Assembly: GCA_963737265.1 (NCBI GenBank)
Contig: CAVTRY010000011.1
Span: 1,335,271-1,399,270, forward strand
DNA: 64,000 nucleotides
Reading direction: 5' to 3'
Origin: an uncultured delta proteobacterium
GTDB taxonomy: Bacteria > Myxococcota_A > Polyangia > Fen-1088
Position numbers and translations under genes: made by a program. Positions 21,794 through 30,293 of this stretch are shown here, piece after piece; position 1 is the stretch's first letter, and every line of letters begins with the position of its first letter. The notes under the pieces were generated by a model. That model worked only from the letters and a program-made list of their open reading frames with translations. It searched no databases and was not told where the DNA came from.

Positions 21794-22141
21794 TCAGAAT
21801 AGCCCCGCGACGACGGCTAGCAATCGATCGAGGACGACGGGTTTCTTGAGGACGGGAACTTGATTGGGCGCGCGCGAGGGATCGGAGGTCGAGATCAGCA
21901 CGGGGATATCGGCCAGTCCGGGGTCGACCTGCATCGCAAGGTAAACCTCGGTACCGCTCATCACGGGCATGATGATATCAAGAATGACCGCGCAGGGCCG
22001 CTCGAGCGTTCGTAAGAGCCGAAGCGCTTCTCTCCCATTGCTCGCGACCAAGATGCTGTATCCTTCCTCCGCAAGGGCGTCGCGAAGAGACTCGCGTATG
22101 TCGGCCTCGTCGTCGGCGATGAGCACTGTCTTCTGACTCAC
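21794..22141 (-). CDS. Single-domain response regulator
   Basis: VLIADDE, ILDIIMPVMSG, KKP. Confidence 0.9.
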   Translation of the reverse strand: MSQKTVLIADDEADIRESLRDALAEEGYSILVASNGREALRLLRTLERPCAVILDIIMPVMSGTEVYLAMQVDPGLADIPVLISTSDPSRAPNQVPVLKKPVVLDRLLAVVAGLF

Positions 22142-23397
22142 GAAACGCCTCGCGCGGAGTCTTGCCTCGTGAAACCAGGCGCCGCCAAGTCGCGCGGTAG
22201 ACGAACAATCAGATGTGTCCCGTCTTCTTCCGACGACGTGGCGTGGATGGTTCCGGAATGGGCGAACGCAATCTGCTGGCTGATGAAGAGCCCAAGGCCA
22301 AGACCGTTGGAGCGCTCTTGCTTTTCAGGCGTTCCACTTCTGAAGGGGTCGAACAAGACCGGAAGAAGGTCGGCAGGCACGGTACCGGTATTGTGGACAT
22401 CCAGTTGTACGGGGGACGGTAAGGTCCCATCACAGGAAATCGCCACTTGCAGCGCTGGATCGCCGTGCGTGAGGGCGTTTCCGAGCAGGTTCGAGACGAG
22501 CTGCACGATTCGATCGGCGTCCCACACCCCAGTGGTATCGCCGCTCGATACGAACGCGATCCTTCGCGTGGGGGCTGTGTTATCGAATTCGTCGATGGCG
22601 ATGCGACAGATCTCGGCCAAATCGGCACGCTGTGGTTTGATGGGAATGCCCCGTCCGAGGCGAATACGCGTGAAGTCGAGAACTTGGTCGATCATGCGGC
22701 CCATCCTTCCGGCGCTGTTCAGGATGCGGGATGAGGTCTTGATCACCTTCTCCGACTCGCCCCGACGCTGAAGAAGGCTTGCCCCGGTCATAATGGCCGA
22801 GAGCGGATTGCGCAAGTCGTGTCCTAGGATCCCAACGAACATTTCGCTGAATCGAACGGTACGCAGAAGATCCTCGTTCTGGCGGCGGAGATCCTCTTCT
22901 AGCTTCTTGCGGTCGCTGATGTCGCGGGTAAGACATCGTGAATGGACGAATTCTCCATCACGCATAAAGACGTTCGAGTGCAAGAGGACGTGTTTGATCG
23001 AGCCGTCCCTGGCACGCAGCCCCATCTCGTACGCGCGGATAGTCTCGTTGCGCTTGAGGCGGGCAAGGATATCGACGGCGACCTCCGAGTCTACGTGGAA
23101 TTCGGCGATATTGTGTCCCACGTATTCATCCTTGGTATAGCCTAGCAACTCAAGCTCTGCCTGATTGGCGGCGAGAATGACACCGTCCGCCGCGACCCAG
23201 CGTAAGCCGTCGGCGGAGCTTTCGATGAAGTCGGCGAGTTCTTGCTGACTCTCCTGCATGGCTTTTTCCGCGCGCACGCGCTCGACGCGTGCCTGGCGTA
23301 GAGCCGCTTCAAGTCGCTCTCTTTGCTCGACCTCATTCTGCAAGGCGGCGGTGCGGCGGCGCAAACCGCCCGCACCAGTATTGAGCAGGCGATTCAT
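22138..23397 (-). CDS. PAS-domain sensor histidine kinase
   Basis: PAS region, GHDLRNPL H-box, NLLGNA N-box, GLGLGL G-box. Confidence 0.92.
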   Translation of the reverse strand: MNRLLNTGAGGLRRRTAALQNEVEQRERLEAALRQARVERVRAEKAMQESQQELADFIESSADGLRWVAADGVILAANQAELELLGYTKDEYVGHNIAEFHVDSEVAVDILARLKRNETIRAYEMGLRARDGSIKHVLLHSNVFMRDGEFVHSRCLTRDISDRKKLEEDLRRQNEDLLRTVRFSEMFVGILGHDLRNPLSAIMTGASLLQRRGESEKVIKTSSRILNSAGRMGRMIDQVLDFTRIRLGRGIPIKPQRADLAEICRIAIDEFDNTAPTRRIAFVSSGDTTGVWDADRIVQLVSNLLGNALTHGDPALQVAISCDGTLPSPVQLDVHNTGTVPADLLPVLFDPFRSGTPEKQERSNGLGLGLFISQQIAFAHSGTIHATSSEEDGTHLIVRLPRDLAAPGFTRQDSARGVS

Positions 23398-24803
23398 GCT
23401 GTGTCGCTCTCGTCGGGCAAAATCGTCGACGTCTCGGACTTGGGGTCGCTGTGCCGCAGTTTTTCCCAGAGTGTCTTGCGTGAAATGCCCAACAGCTCTG
23501 CCGCGCGACTACGCTTGCCCTCTGCGGCGTCGAGAGCGCGCAGGAGATACTGGTGTTCGAAGTCTCGCAGTGCGAGATGGAGCGGACGCACCGATTGTGG
23601 CTGCGTGGTTTCGAACGGGGTCTTTGCGGGCCCTGGGCCGCAAGCAATGGTGGGCGGCAGGTGCGCGATATCAATGTCCCGCCCATCCGCCAAGAGCGTC
23701 GCATGCTCGACGGCGTGCGACAGCTCGCGCACATTGCCAGGAAAAGGATAGCGAGCCAAGGCTCCCCACGCGGCGGGCGAGATCCCGGGAAGATACTCTT
23801 GGGGCCCGGCAAATCGCTTGATGAAGTGTCGAAGCAGGATGGGCAGGTCTCCTGGGCGCTCGCGAAGGGGCGGCAGCGGAATCTCGATGACGTTGATGCG
23901 ATAGTAGAGATCCTCTCGAAATGAGCCCGTCTTGACCCGATGGGCCAGGTTGCGATTCGTGGCGGAGACGATCCGGACGTTGACCCGAACTGGAACATTG
24001 CTGCCCACAGGTTCGAAAGACCCTTCCTGTAGAACCCGTAGTAACTTCGCTTGAGCGGCGAGGGGCAGTTCCGCGAGTTCGTCGAGCAGCAGCGTGCCAC
24101 CATCCGCTGCCTTGAAGCGGCCGTCCCGCCTCTTCACCGCATCGGTAAATGCCCCTCGCTCGTGGCCGAATAGTTCGGCCTCGACGAGATTTTCGGCCAG
24201 CGCGCCGCAGTTCACGGCGACGAATGGTTGGTCCCGGCGAGCACTTTGCTGGTGGATTAGCCTTGCGACAACTTCCTTTCCCGTGCCGCTCTCACCCGTT
24301 ACCAGGACCGGAGCCTCACTTTGGGCAACCATCGCAACCAGGTCTTGTACACGGCGGATGGCGGAGGATTGTCCAAGCAAGGCCATGTTGGGATTGCCCG
24401 TGGATAGCTCGTGACGGACGTCGTTCAGCTCACGCCGCAAGACTTGGTTTTCTTCGATACGCTGAACCTGCAGCAAGAGCTCGTCCACGTCGAACGGCTT
24501 ACGTAGGTAGTCGTAGGCGCCCTCCTTGAGGGCCGACACAGCCTGCGCCACATCCGAGCTCGCGGTCATCATGATGACCGCGGTGGCAGGAGCCTCTTTA
24601 CGGATGCGCCGAAGAAGGGTTAGCCCGTCGACGCGGGGCAGGCGAACGTCACAGATCACGACGTCGTAGGCTCCATGGTCGAGCAGGCGTGCGCCCGCCT
24701 CGCCATCGGCTGCCGTTTGTACCCGATGACGGGTTTCGCCAAGCTGGTCCTGCAGCAACGCAAGTAGGTCAGGCTCATCATCCAGCAAAAGTATGTCCAG
24801 CAC
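23394..24803 (-). CDS. Sigma-54-dependent response regulator (NtrC family)
   Basis: Receiver domain, GESGTGKE, GAFTDA, FPGNVREL, Fis-type HTH. Confidence 0.93.
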   Translation of the reverse strand: MLDILLLDDEPDLLALLQDQLGETRHRVQTAADGEAGARLLDHGAYDVVICDVRLPRVDGLTLLRRIRKEAPATAVIMMTASSDVAQAVSALKEGAYDYLRKPFDVDELLLQVQRIEENQVLRRELNDVRHELSTGNPNMALLGQSSAIRRVQDLVAMVAQSEAPVLVTGESGTGKEVVARLIHQQSARRDQPFVAVNCGALAENLVEAELFGHERGAFTDAVKRRDGRFKAADGGTLLLDELAELPLAAQAKLLRVLQEGSFEPVGSNVPVRVNVRIVSATNRNLAHRVKTGSFREDLYYRINVIEIPLPPLRERPGDLPILLRHFIKRFAGPQEYLPGISPAAWGALARYPFPGNVRELSHAVEHATLLADGRDIDIAHLPPTIACGPGPAKTPFETTQPQSVRPLHLALRDFEHQYLLRALDAAEGKRSRAAELLGISRKTLWEKLRHSDPKSETSTILPDESDTA

Positions 24804-25040
24804 GGTTCTGCCTCTTTGTTACTGTTTTGAAACCAGCGGTGTCGATTGGTTACTGGTTCGAAGCGTGATTCTGAGCGCTTTGCACTCCCAGGGCGTTTGG
24901 CGTCGCCTTCAGGTGCTTTCTGGCTTTCGGTCTACAAGTTTCATGCCGCCGGGGCTTCTTGGCATGGTTCATGTAGTGCATGGAGTCGCCAGATATGGAT
25001 GGACCCCGCGTACACAAACCGTTACCAAGTAGGAGTGGAA

Positions 25041-25619
25041 ATGCCCAAGGAGACAGAGTCCAATCATCCCTTCCTGACAGACATCAAGGAACTGAGACGC
25101 CGCGCTCAACAACACATCGAGAAGGGCGCAGTCACCGAAGGTTACCGCGGGGACCGAGCGGTCGTGCTTCGTCTTCTCAATGAAGCACTGGCAACCGAGA
25201 TCGTCTGCGTTCTTCGTTACAGGCGCCACTATTATATGGCCACTGGACTCAGCGCCGAGGCCGTTGCTGCGGAGTTTCTGCAGCATTCAATAGAGGAACA
25301 AGGACACGTGGACCAAATTGCGGCGCGGATTACCCAACTTTGTGGCGAACCCGACTTCAATCCCGAGGGTTTGGCGATGCGCAGCCATTCCGAATATGTT
25401 CCGGGGGACGGTCTCCTCAGCATGATTAAGGAAGATCTCGTGGCCGAACGGATTGCAATCGACTCGTACAGCGACATGATTCGTTACATCGGCGACAACG
25501 ATCCGACAACTCGCCGGATGCTGGAAGCCATTCTCGCCGTCGAGGAAGAACATGCCGAGGACATGAAGACGCTGATTGAATCCATCGGGCGAGAGGGTCT
25601 CGTAGGCGCTCAGTCATGA
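25041..25619 (+). CDS. Ferritin-like (bacterioferritin/Dps-type) protein
   Basis: AGGAG RBS before ATG 25041; LNEALATE, EEQGH, EDLVAERIA, EEEHAED di-iron ligand pattern. Confidence 0.88.
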   Translation: MPKETESNHPFLTDIKELRRRAQQHIEKGAVTEGYRGDRAVVLRLLNEALATEIVCVLRYRRHYYMATGLSAEAVAAEFLQHSIEEQGHVDQIAARITQLCGEPDFNPEGLAMRSHSEYVPGDGLLSMIKEDLVAERIAIDSYSDMIRYIGDNDPTTRRMLEAILAVEEEHAEDMKTLIESIGREGLVGAQS

Positions 25620-27083
25620 GGTAGGCGGCCCGCGGAGTCATCCGCGGGCCGGCCTGGACTGCCCCCGGCGCCAAGGTCATTCCCCTGCACTGCGGCGTCC
25701 TCGGCCGATTCGTTCGTCTCCGCCGCAGTCAGGCCCGCGTCGCGCAGCTTCTCCCATAGGGTTTTGCGCGAAATGCCGAGGAGCGCTGCCGCTTTGGTTC
25801 GCTTACCGTTGGCCACCTTCAAGGCCCGTTGCAAGTACTCTTGTTCAAACTCGCGAAGAGCTACCTGCAGCGGACGCACACGATTCGCGTTGCCGGGCGC
25901 TCCGGATTCGACAGACGTTCGATCGTTCACCATCGCCGGTGGAAGATGCTGGAGGTCGATCTCCTTTCCTCCGGAAAGTACCATCGCGTGCTCAACAGCA
26001 TGGGAAAGCTCGCGAACGTTTCCGGGAAACGGATACTGCATCAGCGCCGCCCAAGCCGCTGGCGTGATAGTGGGAGGAGGCGCCCCCTTCGCGGTAAGAC
26101 GCTCGAACGAAGTGGCGCAGGAGAAGGGGCAAATCGCCGGAGCGCTCTCGCAGTGGCGACACTAGAATTTCGATGACGTTTACCCGATAGAAAAGGTCTT
26201 CGCGAAAAAGGCCGGCTTTGACTCGCTCGGCGAGATTGCGGTGGGTTGCCGAGATGATGCGGGCGTCAACACGCACCGGCGTATTGGTTCCAAGCGGTTC
26301 GAAGGTTCCTTCTTGCAGGACGCGCAACAGCTTGGCTTGAGCGGCAGCGGACAACTCGGCGATCTCGTCAAGAAACAGCACGCCGCCATCAGCAGCCTTG
26401 AAGCGCCCATCACGTCGCTTGACCGCTCCGGTGAAGGCGCCGCGCTCATGACCAAAGAGCTCGGCTTCGACCAAGTTCTCGGCCAAGGCCCCGCAGTTGA
26501 CCGCCACGAAGGGCTTTTTCCGGCGGGCGCTGTTGTCGTGGAGCAGCCGGGCAACCACCTCCTTGCCGGTTCCGCTCTCGCCCCTGATCAGCACGGGCGC
26601 ATCACTGTGGGAGACCATTGAGGTCAGCTCGAGAATCCGCCTGATGGCAGGGGATTCGCCAATGAGAGGGGCCTTGCGGTCCGTCAGCTCGCCGCGCGCT
26701 TTCTCGAGTTCGCGACGCAGCGCCTTGTTTTCGGCAATGCGGCGGATTTGCACCAAGAGCTCGTCGACATCGAAGGGTTTGGCGAGGTAGTCATAGGCAC
26801 CCTCCTTGAGTGCGGACACCGCCTGTGCGACATGGGCATAGGCGGTCATCAAAATGACCTCAGTCGAAGGGGTTTCTTTGCGAATATGTCGCAGCAACTT
26901 CAGGCCATCGAGCCGCGGCAAGCGCACGTCGCAAATCACCACGTCGAAGGTGCGCCGCATAAGGTGGTCCATCCCTTCTTCACCGTCGGCGGCTTTCTGC
27001 ACGCGGCACCCGACCTCGCGAAGCTGCTCGTCCAAAAGCTCGCGCAGATCAGGCTCGTCGTCGATAAGAAGAATATCCAGCAC
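25610..27083 (-). pseudogene. Second NtrC-family sigma-54 response regulator with a +1 frameshift near 26105 (possibly a sequencing error)
   Basis: Receiver, GESGTGKE and GAFTGA in one frame; YPFPGNVREL and the HTH in another. Removing one base restores HFVERLTAKG. Confidence 0.88.
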
Positions 27084-27204
27084 TTGGCCCCAGAGCTGAC
27101 GAAAGGTGAGTTTGCCCAGCTCGGCAGCTGGGCGTCGGATGGGGTCTAGCAGAGAACGACGATGATTCCATGGGGAGTTGTGGCACTCCCGATCAGGCGT
27201 GGCT

Positions 27205-27578
27205 CTATGCGCGGTGGTCGAGGGACAAAGGACCTGCAAGCTGCGATTGCACTGCGCGACGTACCGCCTCAACCCATTGAGGACGCAGGTGGGTGGCTCT
27301 GGCCAGGCTCGCCAGGAGGCGCTCTGGGGTGCCGCAGTCGACCCAGCCGGAGTCCTTCATCTTCACGACGGCCATGCCTTTGGCATTCTGCAATAGGGCC
27401 CGACTGAAATCGGCAGCTGGGATGGACTGATAAATCAGGTCGAGAAGCGTCCTGTTCTGTTCGGCGCTCACGCTCCGTCGCGCGAGAAGCTCGATGTAGG
27501 GCGTGAACAACATGGTTTGATGGGGCATGTGTCTCTGGGCTTGCATCCAGAAGCTTTCGACGGACCCCGCGACAATCC
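27205..27578 (-). pseudogene. C-terminal fragment of a sugar-phosphate nucleotidyltransferase (mannose-1-phosphate guanylyltransferase-like)
   Basis: ADFSRALLQ and SGWVDCGTPERLL resemble the DFS...GWSDxG motifs; 5' part replaced by ISL3 DNA. Confidence 0.6.
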
Positions 27579-28150
27579 GCCCATCACGCTTTCGGGTGAG
27601 CTTCCGTCGAGGGTCAGTGGCAGCATGAGAAATACAGGATCTGCATGAGGTTGTCGGGGTTGCGGTAGCCGTGGCCACGCTGGCTGATGCCGCGAACACG
27701 TGAATTGTTGCCTTCGAGGGCTGCGTTGGAAAGACCGTGCTTGGCCCAGGCAATAACGCCCGACCAATGGCGCTTAATCATGTTCCAGAATCGCTTCAAC
27801 GAGCCAAGTCGTTGCCAGCGTAATAGGCGACGCCAGTGGTCGAGTGCTGCAGCCATACCGACCTCAGTGTGATAGCCCCATACGACGTCGAACTGCTCCT
27901 TGAGCAGGTACGCTACCTGGAGACGTCGGTTGAGGCGGAATAGCTCGTCAAGCTCGCGACGGCGACGCCAGTGAAGACGACGACGCTTCTTGAGCAGGAG
28001 GAACTTCTTGCCTCGGATGGCCTCGCGATACAGGCCACCCTTGCGCCAAAATTCCGCCTTGCGGACCTGGTCGACGGCGTCGGTGAGGTGGTGCTCGATG
28101 TGGAATCGGTCGAAGACGAGGTCAGCCTGTGGGGCATGTTAGCTCGTACA
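27579..28150 (-). mobile_element. ISL3-family transposase 3' fragment with right end
   Basis: LVFDRFHIEHH, AYLLKEQF, SNAALEGNNSRVRGISQRGHGYRN; end sequence CACCCGAAAGCGTGATGGGC. Confidence 0.82.
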
Positions 28151-28367
28151 CGATGGGCGGCTATATTCACATCCTCTTGGTTCTTGCCATTGTGGCGGTA
28201 CTTGTGCGTCTCATTACGGGCCGAAGGATTCTTCAGTAGTTACGCAAGCCGCCCACGCTGGCCGCTTGCCGAACACTCTCACGCTACCGCTCGCGGGGCG
28301 CGCGAACCGTCTCCCTCCGTGTCCCCAACGTCGTGCCATGACTGCTGTTTCAACCCGGAAGGTAGCT

Positions 28368-30293
28368 CTAGATCATCGGCATCGGCTTCAACAACACCGC
28401 CGCAAATCCAGGAATGTGCCAGCCGCTATCCGCGGACTCGGGTTCACTACATCCGTAGCCGCCATAGCGAGGATCTTCGCTGGACCAAAGGATCCGCCAG
28501 CAGCCGTGACTGGGGCTTTGGGGGGGGGCCAGCAACGGCTCGCTGGGAGTCGGGATATCGAGACCTGCGCCAAGGTTGACGATCAGCAGGCGGTCCTGGG
28601 TGCGTGAATAGGATGCCGCGCCGTCGGCGAAATAGCGCAGAAGCCCGCAATTGGAGCTGAGCTCGGCGACCTCCAACGCGACCGCAGACGAAGCCTGGGA
28701 ACGGATTGTTGGATCATCGCGGCGAATTGCCAAAAGATCCTGGTGGAGCTGGAGGACACGGCGATGTTGGGGCGTGGCGCGCTCTTCCCAGCGCAGTTTG
28801 CTCGACGCGTAGGTGTCGTCGGAGGCGGGATCCAGCATGAGGTCTCGACCGCCCTCGGACGCGCATCCTGGGAACTGCGACAGGAACTCCATCCTTCCCG
28901 CCCGTACTAGCTTGGCCAATTCGGGGTGGTGGTCGGCGAAGTAGTGAAAGGGTGTCGTTGCATTCCATTCTTGGCCCTGGAACAAGAGTGGTGTCCATGG
29001 ACCCAACAGCAAGAGGGCGGTCATCGCGCGCTGGCAGCCGGCACTGCTCTGCTTCCACAGTCGCTCGCTCCACATCGAGTTCGAGAGCTGATCGTGATTT
29101 TCGAGAAAGGCCACGAATGCAGCGGCGGGAAGGCCACGCGCAGAATGGCCGCGCGACTGCTTTTGCCAGGCGGAGCGTTGACCCTGGAAAAGAAGGCCGT
29201 GTCGTGCGGCGGCCAGCCATTCATTGGCAGTTCCGAAATAGTCGCTGTAATAGGCTTGCCGGCGACCCGTGAGGGCCACCGCGGCGCTGTGGTGAAAGTC
29301 GTCGTTCCACATCGCATCCAGGCCCATGCCGCCGAGATCGGTCGCATGCAGCAGTCGACTCTCCTGGCGCTCGTCTTCTGCAATGAGCAGCAGCCGGCGT
29401 CCGCCGGCGGCGGTTCTGGCCTCTCTGCCAAGGACTGCCAGGATGTGTTCCGCAGAATCGTCGAGGATATGTTGTGTAGCGTCCAGACGGAGCCCGTCGA
29501 GGTGATACTCGTCAATCCAATGCACGGCATTGTCGACCACGAACTGACGAACGGCGGTAGACTGCTCGCCATCGTAGTTGAGGCTTCGGCCCCATTCGTT
29601 ATGGCGGTCGCTGAGGTAGTGAGGGGAAAACCGGTGGAGATAGTTTCCATCCGGTCCGAGGTGGTTATAGACCACGTCCAGAATCACGCCGAGCCCCAAG
29701 CGGTGGGCCTGGTCGATGAAGCGGCGAAGGTCGTCCGGGGTTCCGTAAAGATGGGACGGGGCGAACCAAGCCACCCCGTCGTAGCCCCAGCCGAAACGGC
29801 CAGGAAATTCAGCGACCGGCATCATTTCGATCACGGTGATACCGAGTTCCTTGAGCGCCGGAAGTTTGCTACTGGCGGCTGACCATGTCCCCTCCGCCGT
29901 AAAGGTACCCACGTGCATCTCATAGATGACTTCGTTCTTCAGCGACAGTCCGGTCCAAGCAAGGTCGTCCCAGGTGAAATCGCGCGGATCGACCACCTCG
30001 GAAACGCCATGAGGCCCATCGGGTTGCGATCGGGATGCGGGATCGGGGAGGCTTTGGCTATCGTCGTCGTCCAATCGATACTGGTATCTCGTTCCGCTGC
30101 CGATACCCGGCACCATGACGGACCAGTAGCCATGCTGCTCCGGAACTAGGGAGTGAATGTCGCCTGTGCTCTGAATGGCAACTCGAACCTTGCGCAACTG
30201 CGGGGCCCAGACGCGAAAGTGAACGCCGCCGTCGACCATTTCGGCGCCTTGGGCGAGGCGGCGAGATACCGACATCTTTGCTGGGGCGCTCAT
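28368..30293 (-). CDS. treZ: Malto-oligosyltrehalose trehalohydrolase
   Basis: FRVWAP, YEMHVGTFT, WGYDGV, DVVYNHLGPDGNY, DGLRLDAT, ENHDQ; start at 30293 overlaps the treY stop. Confidence 0.93.
   Translation of the reverse strand: MSAPAKMSVSRRLAQGAEMVDGGVHFRVWAPQLRKVRVAIQSTGDIHSLVPEQHGYWSVMVPGIGSGTRYQYRLDDDDSQSLPDPASRSQPDGPHGVSEVVDPRDFTWDDLAWTGLSLKNEVIYEMHVGTFTAEGTWSAASSKLPALKELGITVIEMMPVAEFPGRFGWGYDGVAWFAPSHLYGTPDDLRRFIDQAHRLGLGVILDVVYNHLGPDGNYLHRFSPHYLSDRHNEWGRSLNYDGEQSTAVRQFVVDNAVHWIDEYHLDGLRLDATQHILDDSAEHILAVLGREARTAAGGRRLLLIAEDERQESRLLHATDLGGMGLDAMWNDDFHHSAAVALTGRRQAYYSDYFGTANEWLAAARHGLLFQGQRSAWQKQSRGHSARGLPAAAFVAFLENHDQLSNSMWSERLWKQSSAGCQRAMTALLLLGPWTPLLFQGQEWNATTPFHYFADHHPELAKLVRAGRMEFLSQFPGCASEGGRDLMLDPASDDTYASSKLRWEERATPQHRRVLQLHQDLLAIRRDDPTIRSQASSAVALEVAELSSNCGLLRYFADGAASYSRTQDRLLIVNLGAGLDIPTPSEPLLAPPQSPSHGCWRILWSSEDPRYGGYGCSEPESADSGWHIPGFAAVLLKPMPMI

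Noticed and set aside
24960-24975. Sigma-54 promoter upstream of the ferritin-like gene (TGGCATG-GTTC-ATGTA)
   Set aside because: The -12 GC element is missing.
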